Sequence record: PP886230.1
DNA length: 64,000 nt
Strand: one strand, 5' to 3'
The notes beneath the pieces are model-generated. The model did no database searches. It saw only the letters and a list, made by a program, of their open reading frames with translations, and was not told the DNA's origin. Below are positions 47,049 through 57,339 of this stretch, one piece after another; positions within the stretch are counted from its first letter, which is position 1; every line of letters begins with the position of its first letter. The position numbers and the translations under genes were made by a program.

Positions 47049-47629
47049 ACCATATCAGAACTAAAATTTTGAGACTCATGCATGACATTGCAGAACTTTC
47101 AGAGATTCATGACATTACAGAAATTGTTGAATTTGATGATTATCGACTGAAAATTGAAAACAAATCCAAACATCGTTTTGGATCAGTTCAGTTGGATGTA
47201 TATAAAACTTATGAATTTTCTAAAAAAATTAAAAGTTCATGGGATACGATTACTATGTACATTCGCACATCCAGAAATCGTGAACGTATTGGTTCTATTT
47301 CTTCTAATATGGTATTTGCGAATGCATTACATGAAAAAATGAATAAAATTGTAGAATCTAATTTCAGTGAAGATGATGGATTTATTGGGTTGGATGTTCC
47401 ACCAGAATTAGACCAAAGTGAAGATATTCGAGATGCATTCATTTTCCAGAAATCCTTGTTGGACAATTACAAAGAATTCGAGTACTTAATGCTTTGTTAC
47501 GATACTGCAAAAATTCTTGATTGTGGTGAACTAGTTATGTACAATGATTTTATCAATTGCAAGACTGATGTTCTGAATACACTACTTCAAAATATAGAAT
47601 CTGTTAAGGAAAAATATGAACGCTTATAG
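47045..47629 (+). CDS. family B paralog
   Basis: DAFIFQKSLLD. Confidence 0.8.
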   Translation: MNHIRTKILRLMHDIAELSEIHDITEIVEFDDYRLKIENKSKHRFGSVQLDVYKTYEFSKKIKSSWDTITMYIRTSRNRERIGSISSNMVFANALHEKMNKIVESNFSEDDGFIGLDVPPELDQSEDIRDAFIFQKSLLDNYKEFEYLMLCYDTAKILDCGELVMYNDFINCKTDVLNTLLQNIESVKEKYERL

Positions 47630-48194
47630 TTATATGACAGAACGCCATCAGTTATTATATGATATCAGTAAAAAAATGCTATCAATTGTTGGTAGTGCGA
47701 AAGAAATTGAAAAACAATATCTCATCCGTGATGTATCAATTTCATCCAAATGTTGGTCAAATGAATATTACGACCACGGTATTCTTACTATTTCTGGGGC
47801 CAGAAATATTTGTATTGTAAAAAATAAAAGTAAAAGTAATGAAGAGTGTGAGATTAGAACCGATATACAAATTAAGGATGATGGAAGTTTTTCACACCAC
47901 CCATTCCATATTAGTACTGTTGGTGTTTTATATAATATTAAAGTACTATTCGGTGATGAAGAGTATGTGTTAAAATCTATCAATCCAGATTCAAGTACAG
48001 TTGAAGAAGAACTGTCCCAGATGAGCACTGTTATACCTGAAGAGGTTCTTAGTACTATTATTTTTTGTAGTTTAATTTATCATGAATACAAAAAGAACCA
48101 GTTCGATTTCCACATGTTAGGAACGTACATCTTCAATAATTTGAATGTAGATCGTTTAAAAGCATTAAATGCAGCAATGGATAAGGTTATATAA
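47616..48194 (+). CDS. family B paralog
   Basis: EEELSQMSTVIP. Confidence 0.8.
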   Translation: MNAYSYMTERHQLLYDISKKMLSIVGSAKEIEKQYLIRDVSISSKCWSNEYYDHGILTISGARNICIVKNKSKSNEECEIRTDIQIKDDGSFSHHPFHISTVGVLYNIKVLFGDEEYVLKSINPDSSTVEEELSQMSTVIPEEVLSTIIFCSLIYHEYKKNQFDFHMLGTYIFNNLNVDRLKALNAAMDKVI

Positions 48195-48622
48195 TGACAA
48201 GAGATGATTGTTTGTACATATGGGATATAATTGAAACTACACTTTCAAATCCAGAAAATTATAAAACAAAAAAAAGACAACGACACAAAATATGGATAGA
48301 TTTGTTCGTTGAGGGCATACACGCAGTGACTATTTGGGATTCACCGAGGGCATCAGCATCTACTCTATTGGACAATGAATGCATTGATTGCATTAATTCC
48401 ACTTTTCATCTCTACGGTACTACATTTTTCGGTACATTTCTGGATATTGAAAGTAAAGATGATATTGATTCACTTGCGTTACAATACCAAGTACTGTATA
48501 ATACTAAATTAATTTACGATTTAGTACTAGCTTCTTATGTGTATAAATTAATGATGAAATATAATCATATTTCTGTTTCAGTTTATACTAAGGATATTCT
48601 TTCATTAAGAGACAAAACATGA
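48194..48622 (+). CDS. hypothetical protein, degenerate family B-like
   Basis: DSLALQYQVLYN. Confidence 0.7.
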   Translation: MTRDDCLYIWDIIETTLSNPENYKTKKRQRHKIWIDLFVEGIHAVTIWDSPRASASTLLDNECIDCINSTFHLYGTTFFGTFLDIESKDDIDSLALQYQVLYNTKLIYDLVLASYVYKLMMKYNHISVSVYTKDILSLRDKT

Positions 48623-49128
48623 GTTTATTAAATGCACGCGAATTAGTTGAGATGTATGAGATTTTGTCTTCATATAAAAATTCTCATGGAGATGTGATTC
48701 TCGACAAAAAGTTCCATGTCAGTGTTGAACATATATCAAATATAGATATGATTTCTTTGGTGGAAAGTAATAAGTCAGGTCTTGAACGCGATATCATGCG
48801 TTTGATTTATATTCCCAAACCATCATATACTAATGATAGTTCAATTAGTAATGAGACATTCATGTATAGTCCTGGTACGGATTCTACTATAGTATCGCTG
48901 TCCAATAAATCAATGGGTACTTTCCAATTCATCTATACCAGTACTGATAACATTGAAGAAATTGAATTTCAAAACAATACATTAAGTCCATGTAGTAGTG
49001 TTATAACCTTTATGTCATATCTATGGTCAACTAAAACAAGTGCTGTTGTATATAGTTCAAATTATACACAAGATAGTATTGTTGAATCATATAAAGTTCT
49101 AAAGGAATACTATGAAAATAACAAATGA
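48619..49128 (+). CDS. family B paralog
   Basis: EEIEFQNNTLS. Confidence 0.8.
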   Translation: MSLLNARELVEMYEILSSYKNSHGDVILDKKFHVSVEHISNIDMISLVESNKSGLERDIMRLIYIPKPSYTNDSSISNETFMYSPGTDSTIVSLSNKSMGTFQFIYTSTDNIEEIEFQNNTLSPCSSVITFMSYLWSTKTSAVVYSSNYTQDSIVESYKVLKEYYENNK

Positions 49129-49693
49129 TTTTATTAAAAGTGTAGTACACCCTATGCTTAGTATTATGAAAAAAATACAGAATCTACCGGAAGATAACGA
49201 TTACAAGTTTAATCGTTTTGATTCAGATGTGTTTTGTATTGAAATTGAAATTAATAACAATCGCAATTTACATTTAAAATTCAAAGAATCGTCAAGTCCG
49301 TACTACAACTTTGATATGAATTTTAAAATAGATACTGACATTGAAGAAAACGTAATATCAAATCATACTAGCAAAAATGGTTTTATGCATAGAACTACTA
49401 TGTACAATAATAAAAATAGTATTATATCTAAATGGAATCATCAATTCACTAAAATTTGTGAAATTGAATATAGTGATTTTGGTGAAGAGAATTACTTTCA
49501 GTTAAGTACAATTCATGAACTTCCACCGTATGATTATGTTAAAACATGGTTTGATATTCATAATATAATTGATGATGCAATCAAACTTCCATTTGGTGTG
49601 TCAATATCATATACTGCTCCTAAAACATTTGTTTTTACTGAAGATATGATTATGAAAAAGATATGGGCAATTATCCCACTTATGATGGATTAA
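49112..49693 (+). CDS. family B paralog
   Basis: EENYFQLSTIHE. Confidence 0.85.
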   Translation: MKITNDFIKSVVHPMLSIMKKIQNLPEDNDYKFNRFDSDVFCIEIEINNNRNLHLKFKESSSPYYNFDMNFKIDTDIEENVISNHTSKNGFMHRTTMYNNKNSIISKWNHQFTKICEIEYSDFGEENYFQLSTIHELPPYDYVKTWFDIHNIIDDAIKLPFGVSISYTAPKTFVFTEDMIMKKIWAIIPLMMD

Positions 49694-49698
49694 ATTCG

Positions 49699-49736
49699 TA
49701 CCAGGGGTTGACTCTGGTATTTTTGTATGATACATT
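49699..49736 (+). promoter_or_regulatory. hairpin overlapping a sigma70 promoter
   Basis: TACCAG...CTGGTA around TTGACT-17-TACATT. Confidence 0.6.
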
Positions 49737-49754
49737 GTCCTAAAGGAGAATTTT

Positions 49755-50306
49755 ATGAACTACAATCATGATCTTTTTACATTATGTGCATCCAAATGTG
49801 TTGATGGATGGACAGATAAAATCAATACCATAATTCATCGATATCTGGTCTTTAGTTCTCGTGCACGAAGTGAGGGGGCTATGGATTTCAAATATACACT
49901 ATCTATTGATGGTGTAACTATCCATGCAGACGAAGAACGTCTGAGCATTAATTTGTATGATTCCTGTGTATTTGCTATTCACCAAAAGATGGGGAAAGGA
50001 TGGGGTTGTAATAACATTAACTCAAAAGCTATCTTTTGGGTTGGTCACCACCAGACAGTACTTGATCCTTCAATCAAATCTAATCTTTTATCCGATAATA
50101 TGGTTTATGATTTATTGTACTCCGAAGAACAACATTTTCAGTTAAGTACATTACATGATCTGGCACAGTACGAGGATTGTTACAAAACATTAGAACTATG
50201 CCATTCCCTTGAACTTAAAGATAAATTGATACAAGTTTACCCTTCATTCTTTCATGAAGAAGTACAAAGTACACTAGATCATATTTTATATGGATACGAT
50301 AAATGA
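49755..50306 (+). CDS. family B paralog
   Basis: EEQHFQLSTLHD. Confidence 0.85.
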   Translation: MNYNHDLFTLCASKCVDGWTDKINTIIHRYLVFSSRARSEGAMDFKYTLSIDGVTIHADEERLSINLYDSCVFAIHQKMGKGWGCNNINSKAIFWVGHHQTVLDPSIKSNLLSDNMVYDLLYSEEQHFQLSTLHDLAQYEDCYKTLELCHSLELKDKLIQVYPSFFHEEVQSTLDHILYGYDK

Positions 50307-50905
50307 GAAAAAGTTATCAAGAAGCTATTGACTTAATTCGTGAAGTTATCAAGGTGGCTCCTGCTGCTATTGAGTTCAAGAAGTCCATATACAAGAAGTA
50401 TGGTTCAATGTCGAGTATGTGCTTTCAAAAGAAACGTAGAGCATTCACTACCCAGTACTGGAATGATTCTATCATCCTGAGCAATGAGACTCAGCGTATT
50501 TTAACACTAGAATCTGAACCTAATGAGTACGGGGAAGGGAACATTTGTGTACCTGATTATGATGAAATTAACTTCAACTGCGGTGATTTTGAAACAACAT
50601 TATTACTTCATGAGGGTTATCCAGAAGGTGATGTATTAGCTGAGTACAATCCAAAAACTAAAATTCTCAAAAGAGGAATCCAGTTCACTATTAATAACAA
50701 AGATGATGTTCAAGCAGCACTGATGCAACTGAGTACAAGTGAACCTATCACTATTAGTGTAGAAGAGTTATGGGGAATTATTTCAGTACTCAATGAGTGC
50801 TACAAAGTAAAATCATTGCGTAAACACAGCATTATATTACATACCAATATGGCAAATATAAAATGTAAGCACATTCAAGAAATGGTGGTTCCAGATGGAC
50901 TTTAA
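50303..50905 (+). CDS. family B paralog (degenerate)
   Basis: QAALMQLSTS. Confidence 0.75.
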   Translation: MRKSYQEAIDLIREVIKVAPAAIEFKKSIYKKYGSMSSMCFQKKRRAFTTQYWNDSIILSNETQRILTLESEPNEYGEGNICVPDYDEINFNCGDFETTLLLHEGYPEGDVLAEYNPKTKILKRGIQFTINNKDDVQAALMQLSTSEPITISVEELWGIISVLNECYKVKSLRKHSIILHTNMANIKCKHIQEMVVPDGL

Positions 50906-51479
50906 AGAAATTGAAAGTAAATTAAAGTACTTCAAAGATATCAAACTTCTTTGGAAAAAGTATAAAGTTGATTACAATTTCAGTGATGATGAGACAATAA
51001 AATACATTGAGATTAATATCAAAATCAAGTTCAAGAATAATAATTATGGTGAAGTAACCTTAAATCATACTGGTATATCACTCAAGGACTATGATGGTAC
51101 AACACTCGCATATTTTGACTTCACACCAGAACCAGGTGAAACACTACTTAGTGAGATAAATTCCTATGACATGGAAGTGTTCGGCGGGAATCCGTTACTG
51201 TTCCGACTTTCTGAAGAGTGGAGTGAAGAGTACTACACTTACAAAGATGGTGTAGTACTTGACATTCATGGAGAAGTTGTGAATGACTTGGAAGAACGTT
51301 TGTTCCAAGAATTGTGTGTTTCAAATACTTCATATGCATACAATCATATCCTTGACATGTTTGATTTATATAGTAAAATAGATGCTGAAATGAAGGCACA
51401 TGGTATTCATTACCTTACAATTAACGACTATGCTCAACTCGAAACCGCTGTGAAAGCATTGACTAAAGTACTGAAATAG
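50895..51479 (+). CDS. family B paralog
   Basis: EERLFQELCVS. Confidence 0.8.
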   Translation: MDFKEIESKLKYFKDIKLLWKKYKVDYNFSDDETIKYIEINIKIKFKNNNYGEVTLNHTGISLKDYDGTTLAYFDFTPEPGETLLSEINSYDMEVFGGNPLLFRLSEEWSEEYYTYKDGVVLDIHGEVVNDLEERLFQELCVSNTSYAYNHILDMFDLYSKIDAEMKAHGIHYLTINDYAQLETAVKALTKVLK

Positions 51480-51488
51480 GAATGAAAT

Positions 51489-51902
51489 ATGAAACTGTAT
51501 CATGCGAGTACTGTAAAAATTGATAACTTTTATATCCCGTATGGTGGTCTTCATATGGGAGGTAAACACAGTGCTTTGGAAGCTGCATTACGCAAGCTGA
51601 GAAGCCCACTGAACGTAGTAGACGCATGTACAGTATACTTGCATACCTTAGAAGTTGATGTTGATAACGTGCTTCTGTGTGAAGATTTAGGCAGTGATGA
51701 TGAGTGGCGTTCACTTATTGAGAATTGCACTGCTCAAGGTTATGATGCTGTTCAGTACAAAAATGACTACGAGCCTGATAATGTTCCTAGCTTTATGATT
51801 TGGGATGCATCTAAAGTTCGCATCATTGAAGTTGATGCTATGCATATGGATGAAGCTGAAATGATTATCGAAGATTTTCTTGATGAATATGAAGGTGTAT
51901 AA
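51489..51902 (+). CDS. possible ADP-ribosyltransferase-fold protein
   Basis: KLYHAS...F...GGLHMG...AA, then acidic YKNDYE; His-led first strand as in H-Y-E-type ARTs. Confidence 0.4.
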   Translation: MKLYHASTVKIDNFYIPYGGLHMGGKHSALEAALRKLRSPLNVVDACTVYLHTLEVDVDNVLLCEDLGSDDEWRSLIENCTAQGYDAVQYKNDYEPDNVPSFMIWDASKVRIIEVDAMHMDEAEMIIEDFLDEYEGV

Positions 51903-52438
51903 TGACTGACCCGATGGTAGCACTGGCACGTACTAAGTTACTATTAAAGATTGGTGAGATTTTTACGGTTCTTCTGTCCAATAATATTGATATTACTGAG
52001 CTAGATATTAAGCAACCGTGGGAAGTGACTATGTTCTCGGCGTTCCACCGATTGTCATATAAAGGTGAAAGTGTTCTTGATTTTAACCCTAAAGCAAAAT
52101 TCATAGATTATGCTGCGTTGTACAGAGAGTTGCACCGAAATATTTATTCCGGTTGTATAACCAATAACTTCAAAGAAATTAAAGTTCAAACTGCATCACA
52201 TGAGTTCAATGATTTACTTTATCCAGAATTTAATCTAACGGAAGAATTACTCTTTCAGTACTCGTTAATTCTCACAAATCTCGAAACACTAGAGTTCTAC
52301 AAAGAGTTAGTAGATATTTTTATGAATACACGACTTTCAAAAGATATTGTGATATTCTGGTATACAGAGCATGTTACGGAGGAATTGCTTACTGAATTTC
52401 TTCTAAATATGACAGCTATAAAGGAGAAGTTATGTTAG
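51902..52438 (+). CDS. family B paralog
   Basis: EELLFQYSLIL. Confidence 0.85.
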   Translation: MTDPMVALARTKLLLKIGEIFTVLLSNNIDITELDIKQPWEVTMFSAFHRLSYKGESVLDFNPKAKFIDYAALYRELHRNIYSGCITNNFKEIKVQTASHEFNDLLYPEFNLTEELLFQYSLILTNLETLEFYKELVDIFMNTRLSKDIVIFWYTEHVTEELLTEFLLNMTAIKEKLC

Positions 52439-52905
52439 ATATTTTAGGAAACATCGATACTGCAAATTATTTTATCCAGGACGCACTGTTCAATACAGTT
52501 CAACAAGGATTAGAAGTTCGTCATAACGTTTACCAAGGTGATGGTTATTTCGTTGATATTGTTGAGGCACGAAAGAATACGTTTAATGTTAACATTACAA
52601 CACTGGGTAGACAGAACATTGCACGAATTTTAGTAAGTAAAGATGAAATTGTATTGAGATACAGTGCTAAGTTTATGTTGACTTATAAGAAAAAAACTGA
52701 TATGTTCAGTACTAATTTATTTGATGAGCCATTTGACCTTGAAGATATTGAAGCTACTTTCTTTACTCAAAGTACTATGGTAAAATACACTGATGTTCAA
52801 TTTTCTGCTGATGTAATGTCAGAAACATTACAAATGATCAAGGTATTATTTTATGCATTTGAGCAATTTAGAGAAGAAAGAAACAAGGTTAACAACCACA
52901 GATGA
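52432..52905 (+). CDS. family B paralog (degenerate)
   Basis: EATFFTQSTMV. Confidence 0.75.
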   Translation: MLDILGNIDTANYFIQDALFNTVQQGLEVRHNVYQGDGYFVDIVEARKNTFNVNITTLGRQNIARILVSKDEIVLRYSAKFMLTYKKKTDMFSTNLFDEPFDLEDIEATFFTQSTMVKYTDVQFSADVMSETLQMIKVLFYAFEQFREERNKVNNHR

Positions 52906-53266
52906 ACTAATAGAGGCGATGACTAAGGAGTCAAAATACCACAAAGGGATTCGTCTATATTTTATAGATATTGGTTCAATGGAAGGCATATACATTTATG
53001 GTTCACAATCTTTATCTTATGATGTAATGCCAAAAAAACATGTAAAAATCTTTTTAGGTTCAAATAAAAAAACTTTCTTGACAATTAATGATAAAAACGT
53101 TATTATGAATTCGTTGGGTCATGATAAGGTGGAAATTGATCTAAACACACTGGAGGATATTGATTTTTTTCAATACGAGTGTTTAGGTGTTGACTTACAT
53201 GGCATTAGTAGCGATATGATAAAATCATTAATCAAATATTTCGAAGGTGTTCATAAATGTATCTAA
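52853..53266 (+). CDS. family B paralog
   Basis: DIDFFQYECL. Confidence 0.75.
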   Translation: MHLSNLEKKETRLTTTDELIEAMTKESKYHKGIRLYFIDIGSMEGIYIYGSQSLSYDVMPKKHVKIFLGSNKKTFLTINDKNVIMNSLGHDKVEIDLNTLEDIDFFQYECLGVDLHGISSDMIKSLIKYFEGVHKCI

Positions 53267-53754
53267 CTAAATCAATGAAAAATTCATTTGATAAAATTAA
53301 GAGTTGTCTTGATGGAGAAAATATTACAAGTGTTACACAAACTGCTGACCAAATTCAAAGCAGTTCAAGTGATTGCACTGTTATTTTTGGTTTACATAGT
53401 CTGCGTTTATCAATAGTAAATAATATTGACAACACTGCTATTGTAATCACACCATGCAATATTCAAAATGAGAATGGTGTATATCTTCATCACATGGGAA
53501 CAGTATTTCACATTTTCAATTCAAACGAAAACATTGTTAAGGAATACAATACTCTTAATATTGATTCAGGTGAATTATTTCAAATGAGTACTTTGTACTC
53601 ATGTAATTTTACAGATACTTCATGTATTTTGCCATTTTTCTTGGAAATTATTAAGAAAATGGAAAATTTAAAACGTGAATACAATAAAGAAATGGTTCCT
53701 GAAGCTATATTAAATATTACTAATGCTATAGAGAAGTATAATGCAGTGACTTAA
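53257..53754 (+). CDS. family B paralog
   Basis: SGELFQMSTLYS. Confidence 0.85.
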   Translation: MYLTKSMKNSFDKIKSCLDGENITSVTQTADQIQSSSSDCTVIFGLHSLRLSIVNNIDNTAIVITPCNIQNENGVYLHHMGTVFHIFNSNENIVKEYNTLNIDSGELFQMSTLYSCNFTDTSCILPFFLEIIKKMENLKREYNKEMVPEAILNITNAIEKYNAVT

Positions 53755-53796
53755 TAAAAACGCACATGGAGTGCATTAGAAGATCAAGGATAGATC

Positions 53797-54270
53797 ATGG
53801 AGATTAAAACTGTTGAAAATGGGAAAATTGATGACATTTTAGAGTTGGACGCATTCAAAGTTCATGATATAATGTTTAATGTGAAGGACATTATTCAATG
53901 TCTATTTTTGTGTAGCAAGACAATGCATGATTTTTTTCACAACCCAAATACTAACGTTTTTATACTAACAATCAGTACTGAAAACTCGTTTATCATGGGT
54001 ATGCCTATGAGTACAAATGAACAATATATTGATTGTGTTATTCGTAATAACGATAGTATTACGCCACAATCTGAAGTACGTAAAAAGAAAAACACCTACA
54101 CAATCAAAGATGATAAAATTATGATGTGCTGTAGTAAAGGGTTTATATTAGATAATTTTATCGTCAAAGACAGTTATCACGACTTTAAAGTGTCTGAAAA
54201 TCAATCCAATGTAGTTCTTTATGCGAGTGACATAGAAAGTCTAACAGTTAAAGATCCCAGTTTGGAGTAA
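53797..54270 (+). CDS. hypothetical protein
   Basis: AAGGA RBS. Confidence 0.75.
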   Translation: MEIKTVENGKIDDILELDAFKVHDIMFNVKDIIQCLFLCSKTMHDFFHNPNTNVFILTISTENSFIMGMPMSTNEQYIDCVIRNNDSITPQSEVRKKKNTYTIKDDKIMMCCSKGFILDNFIVKDSYHDFKVSENQSNVVLYASDIESLTVKDPSLE

Positions 54271-54272
54271 GT

Positions 54273-54404
54273 ATGGCTAAGAAAGTAAACAATTTCGTAC
54301 AGAAACACATGAATGAGTTTAACAAGCCTCAGACACATGTGGACCGTAAAAAAGCAATGAAGAATGGTAAAGTAAAACACAAGTCGAGATTTATTCTCGA
54401 CTAA
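54273..54404 (+). CDS. small basic phage protein (HMNEFNKP...DRKK motif, 43 aa)
   Basis: GGAG RBS; terminator AGTCGAG...CTCGACT overlaps its 3' end. Confidence 0.7.
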   Translation: MAKKVNNFVQKHMNEFNKPQTHVDRKKAMKNGKVKHKSRFILD

Positions 54405-54437
54405 TTTTTTGTCCGAAATTTAGGAGATTGTATTACT

Positions 54438-55283
54438 ATGGATACAACAGATTTTCGTAATTTCAAAAAGTATTCAGTACTTGAACATATCAACGAATTT
54501 CTGAATTCCCCAACACCATTTGGTATCAGTACATCAGATACATACGATGGATATAGAATCTTCCCATGCAATGACTTTCAAATTTCTGTCAAAAAAGGTA
54601 CTTCAAAAGAAGTTGCAATTCGTGATGTAGTAATGTATAGCGATTCTTCTATTTATTACTGTCATGATGTGAACAAGTTTGAATCTCTTGCAACACCTAA
54701 TTGTTCATACTACAAATCACATGACACGATGATGTATAAAGAACAACATATCAATGGTGTTTCGTTCTATAAAACTAGCAGTGATAAATCATATACATCT
54801 AGAGATGATTTTGGAAAATACACATGTACTATGCACACGGATAATGAAAAAACAAATTACACTCATTCATTCGAGTCCAAATTCCAAGAGAGTGAAGTTT
54901 CAAATATCACTATACAAGAACAGGTTTCAGAAGGCATTGTATATCGTAGCACTGCATTCTTTCGCATGAAAGATATTGCCACAGGCAGACCAATGATGTA
55001 CAATATTGATATATACATGAAAGGTGATATATCCGAAATAGTGATTAGTACTGGTTATCGTGAAAAATATACAGTTACAATGGAATCACCAGATGCATCA
55101 TTAGTTCACCTCTTTAACAATTTATATACATTCCAATTCGAACTTAGTTTCGATCCAAATGAATATCAAATATTTGATATATTAAAAAGTAATATTATTA
55201 ATAAGTTAGAATATTACTACAAGTTAGGTGGTAAGATGTGCATAGTTAATACTATGTTACATAACATAAAAGAAACATTATAA
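54438..55283 (+). CDS. hypothetical protein
   Basis: AGGAG RBS, 281 aa. Confidence 0.8.
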   Translation: MDTTDFRNFKKYSVLEHINEFLNSPTPFGISTSDTYDGYRIFPCNDFQISVKKGTSKEVAIRDVVMYSDSSIYYCHDVNKFESLATPNCSYYKSHDTMMYKEQHINGVSFYKTSSDKSYTSRDDFGKYTCTMHTDNEKTNYTHSFESKFQESEVSNITIQEQVSEGIVYRSTAFFRMKDIATGRPMMYNIDIYMKGDISEIVISTGYREKYTVTMESPDASLVHLFNNLYTFQFELSFDPNEYQIFDILKSNIINKLEYYYKLGGKMCIVNTMLHNIKETL

Positions 55284-55299
55284 ATCTGGAGGATTTGGT

Positions 55300-55593
55300 A
55301 TGGATACTAAATTCAAAATTATTTTTAAAACTAAGCCGTATATTCCACATACCGCAGAACGTTTTATACCACATGGTGCTGAGGAAATTATTCACCAAGA
55401 TGGTACTAAGTTATACCTTGTTCCTTGTTCTTATGAACGTGCAGTAGAAATGTTACTAATGAATGCTAGACTATGCAAAAACAAGTACATTAGTTACCTA
55501 TACAATGAACATATTTTAGATTTCAATGATGAAAATATGTTCATTCTAGCAATCGAGGATTTTGATAACTGGTACAATATTATTAAAATCTAA
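55300..55593 (+). CDS. hypothetical protein
   Basis: GGAGG RBS. Confidence 0.8.
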   Translation: MDTKFKIIFKTKPYIPHTAERFIPHGAEEIIHQDGTKLYLVPCSYERAVEMLLMNARLCKNKYISYLYNEHILDFNDENMFILAIEDFDNWYNIIKI

Positions 55594-55664
55594 TGAAAAT
55601 AATGTGAACATATTAGATTCTTGTGATATAATGTTCACATCTTTTTTTGATAACGGAGATATAG

Positions 55665-56051
55665 ATGAATACAAGTTCAATCCTAAAAGCAATTGGTGGT
55701 GTTTTACTCATTGAAGTAAAAGGTGAGCCAAAGCTATGCTGTTTAGAAGATATGAAGAATACAAAACACTTCAGTACTGGTCAGATTTTCAATGCCATTC
55801 GTATTCTAAATGACAAATCCATTGCTGATTATGGAAAAGTTTGGCCTGTATATCAAAATGCTGATGGTGATATCAGTACTGATTGGAAAACAATTGAGGC
55901 GGTACGACAAAGTTGTGAGAGTGATTGGGACTTCATTGTTGAAGTTTGTGATCAACTACAAGAAGATGTTCCAGAAATTGTCGAACGAAAAGAAGTCCTA
56001 TCACGACTTGAAAAATTCCGTCACGGAACACTACAGTATGACACAATCTAA
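55665..56051 (+). CDS. hypothetical protein
   Basis: promoter and GGAG RBS. Confidence 0.8.
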   Translation: MNTSSILKAIGGVLLIEVKGEPKLCCLEDMKNTKHFSTGQIFNAIRILNDKSIADYGKVWPVYQNADGDISTDWKTIEAVRQSCESDWDFIVEVCDQLQEDVPEIVERKEVLSRLEKFRHGTLQYDTI

Positions 56052-56100
56052 TCTGCTTATTAAAAATATCTAATTAACATTATATAAAAGGAATTTAAAA

Positions 56101-56406
56101 ATGGAAGACAATGGAATGAAATTTGATATGTTTGAAGGTGTACCAGAGTTCGATTTCAACAAACTTGAAGAAGGTGAGGAATCAGAACTAGTCAGTGTTA
56201 CACTTAAAGCAGATTCTAAGAAGAAATATTCATCAGCAGTACGTTCACGTTCACAAGAAGAATACGAAACATTTATTGAAAGTATTCATTATGAAACATT
56301 CCATCATGCAGATGGAACTCCATATGAAGTACGTGTAACAGTGCTGAAGCCTGAAGTAAATCCAATGGAAAATCTACGTCCTGTTTACTGCTGGGCAAGT
56401 CACTAA
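56101..56406 (+). CDS. acidic hypothetical protein
   Basis: AAGGAA RBS; terminator at 56413-56445. Confidence 0.8.
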   Translation: MEDNGMKFDMFEGVPEFDFNKLEEGEESELVSVTLKADSKKKYSSAVRSRSQEEYETFIESIHYETFHHADGTPYEVRVTVLKPEVNPMENLRPVYCWASH

Positions 56407-56457
56407 TAAACCAAAGGACGGGATTTGTTATCTCGTCCTTTTTTTATCTGGAGATGT

Positions 56458-57312
56458 ATGAAACTTTATCTAATCGTTGACTACAATAAGGATTATGCTG
56501 GTAACTTCACCGAAGATTCGGATGGATATTGCACATCGACTAATGTCAATGTACGTATCAGTAATGCTCATGAACATGAATCTTGTAAAAATCTAAAAGA
56601 TTTTATCACATACCGAGCATTTGAAAAGAACTTCTGCCGCAGTAGATATTCGAAGTTTGAGTACCCGTTAATTGATGTTCCTGATGATTTAATGTTCCAG
56701 TTAATGCTAACTGGAGTTCAAGATTATGATTACATAGCATATAATCATATTACTAAGAAAATTTATATTGGTACATCATCACATGACACTTCTATGTATG
56801 CATCATGCCCAGATGATCGAATGAATGATAGAAAATCATACTATAGTGGATCAGTTGGTTTAAATGATTCATTAAATGAAAATTTATTCTTTGAGTATGT
56901 TTATGATTACCATCATGAGAAAAAAGAACGTGAAGATTACTGTATAGCAATTGATAGTACTAATGGGTATGAAGACGTGAAAGAAGCACTTATGCCGTAC
57001 ATTATTGAAAAGTACTACAAAGATTTTCAGTACTGTAGTAATTTTCTAATCAGAAATTCTATTATAATCGGTCGCCAATCTAGTGCATACTCTCAGTACT
57101 ATAATGATTCACCAGTAGCATCGGCAAATGAAATGTGTGATATTTTACAAATTCCACGTGAAGATATGGCATTCATTTTTACATCTTTTATTGAAGATGA
57201 TGAGTTGTATATTAAAAATAAACACCGTTTCATGCCAAGCAAGATTGAGGTTATTCGAAGTTTTAGTGTTGATATACTAACAAATTTCACAGAAAAAACC
57301 GAATATAACTGA
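56458..57312 (+). CDS. hypothetical protein with one family B-like motif
   Basis: DDLMFQLML; start moved from 56425. Confidence 0.8.
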   Translation: MKLYLIVDYNKDYAGNFTEDSDGYCTSTNVNVRISNAHEHESCKNLKDFITYRAFEKNFCRSRYSKFEYPLIDVPDDLMFQLMLTGVQDYDYIAYNHITKKIYIGTSSHDTSMYASCPDDRMNDRKSYYSGSVGLNDSLNENLFFEYVYDYHHEKKEREDYCIAIDSTNGYEDVKEALMPYIIEKYYKDFQYCSNFLIRNSIIIGRQSSAYSQYYNDSPVASANEMCDILQIPREDMAFIFTSFIEDDELYIKNKHRFMPSKIEVIRSFSVDILTNFTEKTEYN

Positions 57313-57339
57313 GACAAATGATAAGTTAATGATATAATA

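Noticed and set aside
25959-53754. Family B motif resembles the TEV protease site (ExxYFQ/G,S), e.g. EEGYFQG, EEMYFQG
   Set aside because: The residue after Q is highly variable, the motif looks helical, and no 3C-like protease is in the window; probably coincidence. N-terminomics would settle it.
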